From Azolla caroliniana (taxonomy: Eukaryota > Plantae > Polypodiophyta), in contig JBHGNT010000007.1 in assembly GCA_043228905.1 (NCBI GenBank), positions 21,018,001 to 21,082,000 of the forward strand: 64,000 nt of DNA, in the 5' to 3' direction. Shown here in pieces: positions 1 to 12,962 of this stretch. Every line of letters begins with the position of its first letter. Position 1 is the stretch's first letter. The notes beneath the pieces are model-generated. The model made no database searches, had not been told where the DNA came from, and saw nothing but the letters and a program-made list of their open reading frames with translations. The position numbers were made by a program, and so were the translations under genes.

Positions 1-266
1 CCCAACCTTCATCTCTATGTCCATCCATCTCTCTCATTCTGTGAATTTGCGTTGTGTTTGTGTTGGGCATGTGTCTGTTTCTGTCCACTTCCAAAAGATG
101 AAGGGCGAAGAAGAGGAGGAAAGTGAAACGGTTCTCCACAGAGAAGGGAAGGAAACGCTTCAGCATATGTGAGGTCTGTTGCTCGACTATTCACAGACTC
201 CGTTGTAGAGAACAGAGATTCACGACTCTCTGCAACAGAACAGAGCAGAGAAGAACGAACGAAGCC

Positions 267-668
267 ATGGCTAAGCCTACGTTCCAAGGTACTCGAAATA
301 AAGAGGTCGTTCAAGGAGTAGGTCGCCATTCACGCTCCATTTATCATAAGCGTGGTTTGTGGGCCATCAAAGCGAAGAACGGTGGATCCTTCCCTTCCCA
401 CCAGAAGCAAGCTTCTGAAACTCTCGTATCCGAGAGACCTCCCAAGTTCTACCCTGCCAATGATGTTCCTAAACCCCTTCGAAATAAACGTGTCCTCAAA
501 CCTACTAAGCTCAGGTCAAGCATCACCCCAAGCACTGTCTTGAATATGCTTGCTGGATATTTTAAGGGGAAGAGGGTTGTTTTCCTTATGCAACTGGAAT
601 CTGGTTTGCTTTTGGTTACAAGTCCATTCAAGCTAAATGGTGTACCTCTATGTCGAGTAAGTCAATCA
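267..668 (+). pseudogene. RPL6: 60S ribosomal protein L6 (eL6) pseudogene fragment, probably a retrocopy, cut by an LTR at 669
   Basis: Translation from ATG267 ([15 protein letters not shown]...[10 protein letters not shown]...[12 protein letters not shown]...[28 protein letters not shown]) matches the N-terminal ~60% of plant RPL6. No intron in this stretch. Conserved residues are altered (TPG>TPS, TGP>TSP, LRR>LCR) and one codon is missing. Homology stops at TGTTAGG (669). Confidence 0.9.
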
Positions 669-755
669 TGTTAGGAAATAGGTCCCTCCGGACGGGAAGT
701 GAGAAGAACCGTGTTGATGAGAAGAAACCGGAAATCGTGGAGATAGCCAACACGG
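669..755 (+). mobile_element. 5' end of a Copia LTR, related to the LTRs at 15190, 22224, 26470 and 32317
   Basis: Starts TGTTAGGAAATAGGTCCCTCCGGACGGGAAGTGAGAA, nearly identical to the LTR starts at 22224 and 26470. Interrupted at ~756 by a Gypsy LTR. Confidence 0.75.
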
Positions 756-3700
756 TGTCGCGAGGTTTCGCGTTCGCGTGTAGAAAGAGGTGGGACCATG
801 GGGGCCTTGAACTGAGGAGTGAGAGAGAGAGAGACAGAGAGAGAGAAGTCTTGCAGACACGCAACAGAAAGAAGGAAAGAGAAACAAATGACACACTTAA
901 TTGCAGTAACAGTAGATTACAATATTCAGAGATTGCAAACTCTGACGGTTACAACCGGCCACCCGGTAATGGACCGGACACGGGGGTCCTACTCATGCGC
1001 ACCGATGACAGCCACACGACTCGAAGAAACGAAGGGGAAAAGGGAAGAGAGAGACCCTACTGGAAGCACACGGGCTGTCCACGAAGCAGAGGCAGCAAAC
1101 TCCGACACCCACAGAGAACGATGATTGGAAGAGAGAGAGGTCGGCACTCCGTTCTGCAGCAACACTTCGTCCTTGCCAACGCGCGATCCCTCTATCTTCC
1201 TTCTCTCCCTCCTTAAATAGTTCGCAAAAACGGGGGGGGGGGGGGGCTTTCTCCCTAGTCAAATCACTTTATTCCCTGTCCCTTTTGATAGAGATAAGCG
1301 CAATCTTCCTTCTCTCCCTCCTTAAGTGTACTACTTAGTATTTACATCAGCCGATCCATTTATGAATCATGTACAAGATATCAAAATATCAATTCACGCA
1401 TCCATCCGTGTAAGAGCCGGCCCATGCGCCCTTTTCTCCGATTCCGCCTATGGCCGGTTTTCTTCACGACATCCTCCCCCACCAAACCACGCATCCACTG
1501 GCATGCGCCAGAGACGGGTAGTTACCGAAGAAAACGGGCTTCACTCGTCGCTCTCCGATTCTCTGCCGGGCCCGAACTGATCGTCGTTGCCGCTCCCGCT
1601 CGCAGGCTCCGACTCGTCTTCGAACCGCTTCTTGGATGCTTTACTCCGCTTCCCTGCCACCGGCACCGCTAACCGTGTCCCGTCGAGTTCCGGGAGGTGG
1701 TATGTGCCGTTGTCATTCGCGCTCGTCACCGTGTAACCGTGTAGGGCCTGAACCACCTCCTAGCAAACTTTCTCACTGCCTTGTGCTGATTGTCGAGGCT
1801 GCTGTCGTATACTAAGACCCAGTCAGCTTCCTCGATCTTCTTTGGTCCCAACCGGTGCGTCCGGTTGAACCGGGTCTTGTTCCACTCCCTTGCCGCTCAC
1901 AGCTTCTCCTTCTCCCGTCTCACGTCCTCCGGCCTCCGCTCGAGTTGCCGAATCTGCGCCGCTAGCAACTCCTCCGGGCTCAACTCGTCCTTCCAATCTA
2001 CCGCCACCCATGAAGAAACCGTCCGTTCCGCCGGCATGATCGGCTTCTGTCCCTACATCACCTCTGCCGGCATAAACCCTGTCACCGAACTGTGTGTAGT
2101 TCGGTCCGCCCATAGTGTGTAAGGAAGGAGCCGCAGCCAATTCCCGACCTGCCCTCCGCATGCACGCACCAATGCCTTTACGATCGGCCTGTGCCCACGT
2201 TCGACCTTCCCGTTCGCCTCCGGATTGTACGCCGTAGTGAGGGAGAGTTTGACCCCCAGCTAGTCAAACAACTCAGCTTCCTGCGCATCCAACTCTCCCC
2301 GGTCCGCCACGATCCTCCCGACGCACCGGTACCGACACACTACCTCTTGGATCAGGAATCGGCATACCGCCGCGGTTGTCTTGTCCTGTAGTGCACGGCC
2401 TTCCACCTGGTTCGTCAAGTCTTCCCGCGCAAGCAACAAGTATCACATCTGTCCTACTCCCATCGGCATCATCACCAAGTCCACCATCCATTTGAAATGG
2501 ACCGCAGGCGGGTAAGTCAGGTGTAGCTCATCCTGATGTTGGACTACGGAGTGCATCTGACAGCTTTCACAAGTCGTTACGAACCGATGCACGTCCTGGT
2601 ACAACCCTGGCCACCGGTACTTCTCCTTCAACTTCTCGAACGTGGCCCACGTACTGCGGTGTCTGGCCTAGGGACTCTCATGAAATGCCGCCAGTAGTTC
2701 CTCTTGTTTTTCTTTCTTTGCCACCACTCGGAGCGGGATGTCGTTTCTCTTCTTTGGGTGCCTCCATATGCACTCGTCCCGCAGGAAGAATCGGTACGCC
2801 TTCTTCCGTACCCGGCTCGCCTCTTCTCTCGTCCATGTTGCGTCCGACGTCATCGTCCGTAGGAACCTCCTGATTTGGAGCCACTCCCCATCGTATCTGC
2901 TTTTGTCAAATTTGTTAAGCGCCGGAGTGTCCCCTTTCTTCGTCGTCACATTAGCCGACCCGAAGAAGTACTCGCCGACTTCTTCGTCATCCGAAACCAT
3001 GCCGCCTTCATCGTTGAACTTGCTCTCGAAAGCATGTCGGCCATGGCGTTATCCTTTCCGGAGATGTGCCGTATCTTCGGGTTAAGGGACTTAATGTACG
3101 CTATCCACCGGAGCATTGCTAGGTCCGGCGTTGCGCATTCAGAGACCATGTCGAGTATCGGCAGGCAGTCCGTCTCGATGATCACCTCCGTCCCGATCAG
3201 ATAGTCCTTGTTGGCCTTGACTGCCGAAACGATACCCCAAAGCTCGCGCTTAACTTGGGCGTATCCTCGCTGTCGCTCGCTCAATACCTTCGCCCCGAAC
3301 CGGATCGGGAATCGTACGCCGTCCTTGTCCCCCTGACTGATTACCCACCCGATCCCGGTTGGGCTCGTGTCCACCGTCACGCAAATGGGGACACCCTTGC
3401 CGTAAACCGCTTTACAGAGGGCCAACGCTACCGTAAGCGCCTCCTTTAGTCTCCGGACTGACTTCGTGTGCTCCGTCCTCCACTCAAAGCTACGCCCCTT
3501 TTTCAATAGTCCGTAGAGGGGTTCCGCGACATGTGCGTAGTGCAGGATCCAGATGTGGTAGAACGCGCATGCTCCCAAGAATCTGCGAACCTCCGTGACC
3601 GACCCGTAATCGTCCCTCATCGCGGAGATGGCCTCTACCTTTGCCGGAGACCGTTTCCTACTGTAAGTCCCGCACAGGTGTCTGGCCACCAAGATCTCCG

Positions 3701-4735
3701 ACTACCCTAATGCCGATTTTTCTCCGGAGAAGGTGAGTCGTACGCTTTCGAGCCTCTGCAGCACCTTCTCGCAGTTGTTGATGTGGTTCACGACGAACCT
3801 CTGGCATCCATCTGGCCCGACAATCTCGTCTGCATCATCCACCAGAAAATCCTTTATCGGGATGTCATCCAAGAATGGCATGGTGATGTCCGGGATGCAA
3901 TCCCTCATCACTTTGTTCATTGCGTTCACCATATGCGCCACCGAGTTTGTCCCGCCTTGTGGTAGGGTACACATCCATACTAGGCCGAGAGGGGTTCGCA
4001 TCGTCATGATATCCCTGCTCTCTACGGCTAGTTGGAACTGGTACCCCAAGTATAAGTCACCGACCGAATAGATCAACCTCCCAGCGAAGGCCTCTGCGAA
4101 CTCGTCTATGTTCGGTCCGATTCCTGCATTACGGATGGTCACCCTGTTGACCGGTTGCAGGTCCTGAATGAAACGCAGCGTGCCGTTCTTCTTCGGCACC
4201 GTAAACCACTGATTTGAATACGGGGCACTCGACGGTTCGAGGATGCCCATCTCCACCTTTTGCTTCAGAAGCTCCATGAACTTCGGGATGTGAGCTCTCG
4301 GCACTAGAATCGGTTTGAGATTCCACGGTACATGCGGTACTGTGAAGATCACCATCGGTTCAACGATCGTCGGGTCCACACACCCGATCTCCTCCGGCGA
4401 GAACGCGAAGGCTTTCCCATGCCTTCCGAGCATTCTCCGAAACCCGTCCTCCTCCGTTGGCAGTAAAAAGCCACCCCCACCAACCTTGAGCTCCCGTAGC
4501 GTTATGTCGATGAACCGGTGCCCTATGCCAACTGGATTTCGTAAACTTGGGTCCGACGCGACCCCTCTTATCCACTCCTCGCTGCCCTCCGGCAAGGGTG
4601 CCGCGACCGGCCTTACCTTCCGGTCCACAGTCTTGTACTTTGTACCCACGCGGGCCGTCCGATTCGACCCGATCCTTTCCCCGAAGTCCACGATGACTTC
4701 GTACATTCCAATCGAGCCTACCGGAAGAACCCCAC
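756..4735 (-). mobile_element. 5'-truncated, degenerate Phygy-like Ty3/Gypsy element (RT-RH-INT plus 3' LTR ~756-1471)
   Basis: ORFs 3702-4739 (RT: LRFIQDLQPVN, MPFLDD), 2946-3692 (RNase H), 2668-3000 and 2443-2631 (INT zinc finger) and 1541-1756 are clearly homologous to the element at 39885. On the minus strand, PPT GGGGGAGGA precedes TGTCGTG at 1471; the LTR probably ends CGCGACA at 756. Confidence 0.85.
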
Positions 4736-4739
4736 ACAT

Positions 4740-5840
4740 GTACAGTAAGTAGGAAGTTTTGGTTCTCCGAAAACGGAGGTTGTACTATGGCCGGCGTCAA
4801 CGGCCAAGAGAGGAAGTGATCGGAGGAGCGGCTTAGGAGATGCGGAGTCCTCTCCCCCTACGAAGGGATCAGCGGTGTCGCGTGCCACCGCCGCCATCGT
4901 TGCCATTGCTGCTGCTATTGTTGCCGTCGTCGCCGCTATCATTGTCGTCGCCGCAATCCGCTAGAAGTGAAAGGCGAGAATATGAATGGAAGCAGGAAGA
5001 GAGGGGCATTCAAAAAAAAACATAAGGGCAGAGAAGATGAAATTTCAAAAGATCAAGGTCATGAGAGGAATTTCAAAAGTTCAAGGGCATGACGTGAGAT
5101 TTCAAAATTTGGAGGGCAGAATGCAGAATTTCGAAAACATAAGGGCCAAAAAATAAAATTTCAAACAATTTGAGGTTAAAATTTTTTTAAGACCAAAGGG
5201 TAAAAAATATAAAACTCACTTCACATGATGAAAGAAAGAATACACAAATGCACAACACGATTTCACGACCCATGCCACATTGTACTAGCTGATTGGTGTA
5301 TGATCCAATCACGACTTGTGCTGACTGAATGAGAAGGTTCGAGTTAAGCAAAGCTCCGATCGAAATTATCGATCTTAGAGCAGTGATCCGGTCGAGGGAT
5401 TTCCAACTGTTGAGACGACCGATGGAGTTCCGGTCGAGAAGAATTGCCATGGCGAGTGGGTTCACCGTGCAATACACCGTCCCACAGGCGTGCCATGTGT
5501 TACCCGTAAGAATATATGGGGAGGCATAAGGGTATGTGTAATGATGTGGTTGATATGTATGTGTAAAGTAAATGAGTATGTGAGGATTAGTATGTGTGAG
5601 CACATGCACAATTATGTGCATGTGACAAGAGTGTAACAGTCGTCTCTTTTGTAACGGTCATTATTACCGTTACATTATGTATTATATAAACCCCTTATGG
5701 GGCATCTAATGGATATACAATTTTCCCCCTCTCATTTTGTGTCATTTTGTATTTGTCTTTCTCTCTAGCTCTCTCACTATCGTAACCCCCTTGGGAGGGG
5801 GGTGGAGCCATTCTAGGTTGCACCCCCCACCCCAATAACA
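4740..5840 (+). mobile_element. 3' remnant of an LTR element: LTR 5498-5840 preceded by a tRNA-like 17-mer instead of a PPT
   Basis: LTR termini TGTTA...TAACA. TATATAAA at ~5683 is followed by a pyrimidine-rich tract, which suggests plus orientation. GTCCCACAGGCGTGCCA lies at 5479-5495, 2 nt before the LTR. Confidence 0.7.
4995..5180. repeat. Degenerate ~30-bp tandem repeat (AATTTCAAAA...AAGGGCA) in the 3' internal region of an LTR element
   Basis: About six recurrences of ATTTC(A/G)AAA followed by (A/G)AGGGCA. Confidence 0.6.
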
Positions 5841-5850
5841 GACTTCCGAA

Positions 5851-7258
5851 TTGGCAAATTCAACCAATTTAGTCGAAGTCTACACCGACTTCAATTATGC
5901 TGGCAATCTAGATAATCAAAAGTCGACATCAGGTTATGTATTCACCTGTGGCAGCGATGCCGTATCATGTAGTTCAAAATTGCAAGAGTGCACAGCCCTA
6001 TCGACCACAAAGGCCAAGTACATTGCCAAGTCAGAAGCAACCAAGGAAGCGATGTAGCTCCATCAACTCTCAACCAATTTTTTGGCTACAAGCTTAATCA
6101 ATCATCTTGCGCCAACCATCTATTGCGACTCATAGAGCACAATACACCTCAATAAGAATCTAGTCTACCATGTGAAGACAAAACACATTGAGGTGTGGTT
6201 TCATCACATTCGGGAGCTCGTAGCAGAGAAAAGCTCGAAGTCTGGAAGATCAACACGTAGTTGAACATCATTGATTGCCTGACGAAGCCATTCCGAGATC
6301 ATCGCTTCAGAACGTTAAGGACAATGATGGGACTATGATGTAAGTGACAAAGCAGAAGAGTGTTGAACAAACTGCAATAAAAGGAAAATCAAACTTATTG
6401 ATCTGATCAGATGAGCTAAAAAAACAAAGTCCAAAGAATCTAAAAGCCAAAAGGTTGAAGACGCAACACTGAGCAAGGATAGTGACTGGACAGAATACAA
6501 TCGAGGGACGAATGAAGACAAATACAAATCGAAGATCTAGCGAGGAGCATAGGAGTCGACACGTACGTGACGTGAAATAGACGATCGACTGGAGGCCAAG
6601 ATTCAAAATCGGACATGAGCCGATTCGAACAAACGACACAATTTGGATAAAATTTAATCCTAACCGATCGATCCAACTGACTCGGTCTAGCGATTCGAAT
6701 AACACACAATCTAGATGACTAGCCAAATTAGGACAGATTCTGACTATACCTGTGCAAACTCAGCCTAATGCCAACTACCTTGTATGTATACAGTTGTAAC
6801 TTTATATTAAAAATGTAATCTAGGTTTACGAGGGAGATAACCCTAACTAGTAGTATGCATAGAAAGAGTAGCCCTCTTACGGGGGAGTTTGTCGGCATAA
6901 AAGACCGACTCGTTCCATCTTGCATCCTAAATATGAACACATCCTTGAGTTAGGGCTTGAGTATATAAGCCCAACCCTAACATTGTATAGAAAGTTACAG
7001 AAGAGAAAATAAGAAAACCTCCATTAGAGCTTAACCATGTCTATCAAATCTTCTACCTCATTGCATATGCATATTCTATTTTTATTATTTGCTTTACGTA
7101 TCTTATTACAGGTCCTAACATAAATTCTTCTGCATATAATTCACATCATCTCCATCACTCAGAACATTAACCTCTACTGTGCTAATTCCGATTATAGCAC
7201 GATGCTGCCAGTTTCCAACTTAGACTGAGTTGGAATGCCAAGCCTAATATTGCCGAAA
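5851..7258 (+). mobile_element. Copia 3' remnant: RNase H, 3' spacer, PPT and 3' LTR (6890-7258)
   Basis: YTDFNYAGNLDNQKSTSGYVF...ALSTTKAKY and KTKHIEV are Copia RNase H motifs. PPT GGGGGAGTT at 6881-6889. LTR termini TGTCGGCA...TGCCGAAA (decayed). Confidence 0.8.
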
Positions 7259-7429
7259 TTGGGGGAACATGTTTGCATACACAAGTGGAAGGATACGCAC
7301 AAATGGAAAGAAAAGGAATGTTCCGTTTGATTTTGGGGTATAAATAACCATTTTACAAAACACAATGATTCGAGTATCAAACATTCTCAAAATTGCATTG
7401 GAAAAGCTTAAAAATCCACTATAAAAAGA

Positions 7430-8215
7430 TAATAATGCGGAAGTTAAATAGACCTCAACCGGCTCGGCCGAATGGCAACAGAAAACACAAAGAATGGAAT
7501 ACACAGAGTAGGTGTGTGTGTGAGAGAGATAGAGAGAATAAGAAACAAAACCTGATTTCCAAAATAATGAATACTCTATACATACAATGTGCTCAGTGAG
7601 CACTTTTAGAAAAGTCCTGAAAAGAACTAATGGAAGTACAAACAAGTACTTCAATGCTCGTACCTAGCGACTGACATCGACTCCTAAAAATATGCCTACG
7701 TACTAGGCTACGATTGTAGGCCTCTAACAGCCTACCGGTTACACTCAGATCCGGACACCGATATGACTCTTTGTTCTTGACACTAATCTAGCTCTTGGCT
7801 TATTCAACCGATCCGGATCATGTTGAGCTTACTCGCTCAACATTCCCCTTCAAGCTCAACTTGAGGTCAGATCGTTGTGTCAGTGTCTGCCGGACCTTTC
7901 CTTAGGCTCTTCTTGGCGTCTTCTTGCCTTGCTCGCGCCCCTCGACCCGCCCAGTCTTGCTCTCCACGACCCATCTGGTTCCATGCACCTCGACCTTCTC
8001 GATCGACTCGTCAGCTCATCAGGCCCATCTAAGCTCCTTCATTGTTGTGACTTTGGCACTTCTCAACCTATCGATTCCTCTGTGTCAGTGTCAACTTCCG
8101 CTGCCTTCTTGTCGATTTGGGCTACAGTTGATTCGGCTCCTCCGAATCAAACACCTGTTCTGAATCGGCTGCCTTCGATTCATTCCACCTCTTGTCGGAA
8201 TTGGTTGTTTTGGGA
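7430..8215 (-). mobile_element. Copia 3' LTR plus PPT and 3' spacer remnant, related to the 18128-28937 family
   Basis: 7500-7700 resembles LTR 18128-18574. CTCAACA (7842) is followed by TTCCCCTTCAAGCTCAACTTGAGGTC, paralleling 18571-18600. The left boundary is approximate. Confidence 0.7.
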
Positions 8216-9859
8216 TTAAAATACCTACGATTCAACTTTAATAAACCTATCACAAGGCTTCCAATGACCAAGGGGATGTGGTCATCCAATGTAGATTTGC
8301 CACACTGAGACTCAAGGATATCTCCCCAATGCTCATTTATTGTACATTATTTTTATCTTAATCTTCTCATCCTATATAAGAAGTCAGTCTCATACTCTTA
8401 TCTCGGGTCCGATGCAAGCCTAGTTAGCACCTCTAGTTGAAACATCTTCAGCTCTTCGAGAAGACTTTGATGCTTTCCTTGTGGAGCTTCAACATTATGG
8501 GATACGAATCAACATCAAATGACCATTACCGAACTCTTTTCATTACATCAAGATATACTTCTGAGTTTTAGGGTGGAAGTATGGGGAGATAACATGCCTA
8601 AGTCTAGTTGGAAAGAGTTTAAAATGTCCAAAAGCATTTTTTTACAAAGTTTCTCCAAGTTAAGAAACAAACGCCATACACTCTCCTATTTCTTAAGAGG
8701 GCAGCACATCCAATTGAGATCATGGACATGAAGAAGGTTGTCGACTACATTCTTAAGGTTGAATAGTTGGATGCAATATATGGAAAACTGCTTTGGAAGA
8801 TTGGATGCAACGCACTTGCTTTACGATAAATCACTAGATTCCTTTTGTTGAGGCCTTTTTGCAACCTTAATGTATCATGATATGGGAGAAACTACTTACA
8901 CTAATACATGTTATAGCCCATCTTTTCATATACCATATGAACAATCGCTTCCATAGAACTTAACTCACTCACACTATGATGTGAGATGGGGTGTTGGGGC
9001 ACAATTGGTGAGATAAGTTCAAGAGCCTTAGTATTACACATGATACATTGATCACATTAAACTACACTTTCCACACATCTTCTATCAAACCCAATCCTTG
9101 CACAAATTTCTCTTGTAATCAATGTGGACTCTCATTTGCAACATTCATTAGTAAAGTTCTTGCATATCAAGAGTCTTTATTCATTTCACATGTATTATGT
9201 GCAAATGTTATATTTTTTGTGACCTCCAAAGGCAATAATAATTTGTCTATGTATTTACCTTTCCTTCACCTCATATACACATTAGTTAGCAATCCTTAAT
9301 AGAGGTCCATATATCCTTTATTGTGTTAAGAATATAAACTTATAATCAACATTTTTGTGGGAAATTAAATGCGAAGGTCACAAATTTCTATAACATTGTA
9401 GAATATTCTAAAAATTGACATAGAATGTATTCACTTAGTACTATATAAAACAACATTGAATGTAACACTAAACTATAGCTAATGGAAGGAGTTTTGCGTA
9501 AATTGGAAAACAAAATTAAATTTTTTTTAGCACTAACCCTTGTAAACCAATAAATATGTGGTATGACTATAATAGAAAAGTGTCTGCATTTGTTTTTTTC
9601 CCTCACAATAGTGTGTGTATTTGTTTTCATTCAATGTGTAACTTAGTGTCTCGATATCTTGTCTTCTCTCACTAATTTCACTCTCCATAAATTTTAAGAA
9701 GTTAAAACATATTAATAGACTGTTAGTAACCATAAATAAACAAAAATGAGGATATTCAAGAAAATTGACACACTTATTCAATACTAGTTTATAAGTCAAG
9801 TAAATATAAATTTCAAATAGTCATCACATAATACACCGCATAATATATGTAATTGGGAC

Positions 9860-10990
9860 GACAATGGAGAAATGGATAGGCTACAAGGAGGAGGGATCTT
9901 TGATCCCGAGAGGTAGGGGATCACCAGACAGGATCGAAGGCTCTGAATTATGCACCACTGAGACACCAACACAAAATAACGCAATTCGAGTACTTGTGTA
10001 TATTGGTCTTAAATGGATTGTAGATCCTGATCCGATCAAAGTACAACCCGATTGGCACATATGTACTCATGAAAACACATGGCTACGTAAGGTCAGTTGG
10101 GACCCTTTGCAATGGACATGGTGTGATCCTTATGCGGAGCAAGGAAGCAAACCCATCCCTTTCTTCCAATTCACAACTAGATTGGGTCGCCACATCCTAG
10201 CTGCTCAAACTGCCCGAGAGCCGGCTACTTCAAAGGTCTGGCACACATATTAAGTTCCTCACACAATTATCACCAAGTTTTGGCAGAAAATCTGGAAACA
10301 ACATCACATGAGGCGAAATACCACGTTCCAATGGCTATTAATACATAAGTCATTACCGGTGGGAGCATGGCAACGTGGGAACCTTAGCTCTCCTAATTGT
10401 GTGAGTGTCCAAATGCAGTAGAATCAATACGACACGCTCTGTGGGACTGCCCAACGTCCCATCGAATATGGCGGGGGGTTGGCCATTTGTTGCAATTATG
10501 CCATGTGCAAGGCTCAATCAAGTGGGGAAATATATGTTGGCTATCATGGCAGACCCCAGTTGGCATATACGAGCATCAAGAGGAGGGGATGCCTTTGGTG
10601 ATAAAAGCACAAGATATTTTTTTCTCCACCATCGACAATGTCCACTCAACTCCTCTTAATGACCAATCTCAAGTTGTGTTGGAATTGGTTAGCCCAATAA
10701 CTCTTTGGATTCTATGGAAACAATGGTGTAGACGGGTCTTCTCCAACCAAACCGCACATCCCACAATGTTACTGCAAAAGATATGGAGTGAAATTGTAGC
10801 CACTCTAAAGACCCAATATGATGGCCTCAAGGGCAGCTCCGATGGAGTTGAAAGACAACGAATAGCCTTCATCCAACAATGGTCGTCCTCTCCCTTTCTT
10901 GAGTCAGTGGGCATTCACATAAAGATGGAACTATCACGTCCCTATAGGGATTTGTACATAATCATCTTGTTTGTAAAATTTTATAACTAA
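9860..10990 (+). mobile_element. Non-LTR retrotransposon (L1-type LINE) 3' ORF2 fragment with zf-RVT
   Basis: FWQKIW...FQWLLIHKSLPVG...C.CPNAVESIRHALWDC...W, followed by the typical LWILWK.WCRRVF tail. Contains a stop and a frameshift. Confidence 0.8.
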
Positions 10991-11488
10991 TGGAAGGAGT
11001 TTTTTTTTGGAAATATATATATATGATGATTTTGAAGCCCAATGACATACACAAACATTCTTTACGTTAGTTCTTCATTTTTAGGGCAATGTTATTGTTT
11101 TACACTCTTGTGTCCTAGTGTTTTATAATCAAATTTCTTCTTTGAAATGTGATCCAAAGTACCCTTAAGATCCCTTATAAGAAAACACATACTCATTTAA
11201 CAACAATGCAAACCATAATAGCATTAAATTTAAACATGTATTAATAAATCAAACAAGCTGAATTGAAATGGGCTCAAGATACAACTCAAGTAATCCATTC
11301 GTAATTTTCATACTTTAATACCTCAAAGTTTTCCAATTATTTGAGAAAGACTACAAGTTTGTATACTTATATTTGTAGATGGCATAGTCATCTACCATAA
11401 CTTTTGAAGACATCATTCATAGTATTCAACTTATTTATTACATAAACATACATTATTCTCATAATAAAGGAAATGTATCTTTGAAATG

Positions 11489-12660
11489 TCATTTTTCTTG
11501 TTGGTATGTTCGATCAGTAATAGTTATGCCACCATCAATAAGAAGATTGTGGCCACTCACAAAAGCGGCATCATCAGATGCTAAATATAAGGCAGCTTGT
11601 GCAACATCTAATGCAGAAAATGTATGACCAGATAGAACATTGGTAGAGTTAACAAAATTTTGAACCTCATGCTCTGGTATTGAGTTATTACCAGGAATAT
11701 CACGATACCATTTCAAGGAAAGTGGTGTTATGAGTACTGATGGGGAAACACAATTCACACGAATGCCGTACTTTCCTAGATCACGAGCTGCTCCTTTCAT
11801 AAGCCCAAGAAGGGCGTGTTTAGAAATTGTGTATTCTATAGGTGTTATAGTGCATGTAACACTTGCCATACTCGCAGTACAAATAATAGAACCCCTTGTT
11901 TTGTTGTCAATCATAACCCTACTAGCATGTTTTACAGCGAGAACCATACCACGTATATTCACATTCATCACATTGTCAAAGTTCGTTATATTCAAGTTTT
12001 GCATCCCACCAGTAAAATTTCCGATAATACCAGCATTACTGTACATTATATCAAGCTTTCCCCACTTTGTCAATGCTTGTGTTACAAGCCCCTCCATGTC
12101 AGACTCCATTGTGACATCACAATGTCTATAAATAGCGACATGGTCACCAAGCTCGTTCGCAAGTTGGGTGCCCAAATCATCTTGGACATCTCCAATTACG
12201 ACGAAGGCACCATTTTCAACAAACAAACGAGTGGTCGCCTCACCAATGCCGCTTGCCCCACCAGTGATGATGGCCACTTTGCCTTCAAGCCTAGCCCATG
12301 CAAAATACGAACCACAAAAATTAAATCTTAAGGGATTAACAATCTTTTTAAAGACTATAACTTTGTCTAAACTGCAAAAATTGTATACAAGTTTATAACA
12401 ATAATGATGAGACTTATGCTAAAACACATTGGGATGAAATATTGCCATTCTCAAATTATTATGTCAATGCACCATAGTTCATGTAATAGTAAACATATTA
12501 ACCAACAATATTGATTAGATTAATGTTGTATGGAAACCTAAAAACCATTGAATCAAATAGTATGTTAATAGCCATATTAAGATGGCTGAAATAAAATGGC
12601 ATGACTAGTTAAATGTAGAATAAAGCAAAATGACATAAGCTACCTTTGAGCACTTGCCAT
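11489..12660 (-). CDS. Short-chain dehydrogenase/reductase, SDR110C-like (ABA2/TS2/secoisolariciresinol dehydrogenase family). Two exons: 12644-12660 and 11489-12290; 272 aa
   Basis: Removing the GT-AG intron 12291-12643 gives MASAQR|LEGKVAIITGGASGIG. Motifs TGxxxGIG, IGDVQ (NAD-type Asp), SNAG, catalytic Ser (TAS), YxxxK (EYTISK), IRVNCVSP and GHNLLIDGG are all present. No stops or frameshifts. Confidence 0.93.
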
Positions 12661-12745
12661 TATCTCTTCAAAGATTTCGTAACGTTTCAGTTCATTCTTA
12701 TAAAGGATAAAAATACAATGAGCATGACAATCAATCTTAAGCTCA

Positions 12746-12752
12746 TTTTATA
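12746..12752 (-). promoter_or_regulatory. Candidate TATA box of the SDR gene
   Basis: TATAAAA on the minus strand ~90 bp upstream of the ATG; position only. Confidence 0.35.
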
Positions 12753-12962
12753 GTTAGGAATTCAATGTTATTATACACCGACACATACAATTGATTAAAA
12801 GACAATTATTGCAAAATGACAAAGAGACGTGAGACATGTGTAGGCAATAGTATTGCCATGGTTTCAATTCCACCATGTATGATACATCAAATATTGGAAT
12901 TAAAATATATTTTCTCATCAAATAGACATTAAACATTTACCAATAATGTTGTAGAACAAGAA

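Noticed and set aside
123-266. N-terminal extension of the RPL6 ORF given in the ORF track
   Set aside because: It starts at GTG; RPL6 homology begins at ATG267 in a good context (GCCATGG).
1232-1247. Poly-G run as a functional G-quadruplex
   Set aside because: A single homopolymer in a degenerate LTR, with no second LTR copy to test conservation.
8220-9400. Possible decayed coding sequence (also 14800-15190 and 15750-15950)
   Set aside because: No motif I can assign with confidence.
9479-11003. 17-bp direct repeat CTAATGGAAGGAGTTTT as the LINE TSD
   Set aside because: The left copy lies ~370 bp from recognisable LINE sequence and no poly(A) precedes the right copy; unresolved.
11489-12277. 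ORF-track start of the SDR at 12277
   Set aside because: This is an internal GTG; the true start is in a 17-nt upstream exon.
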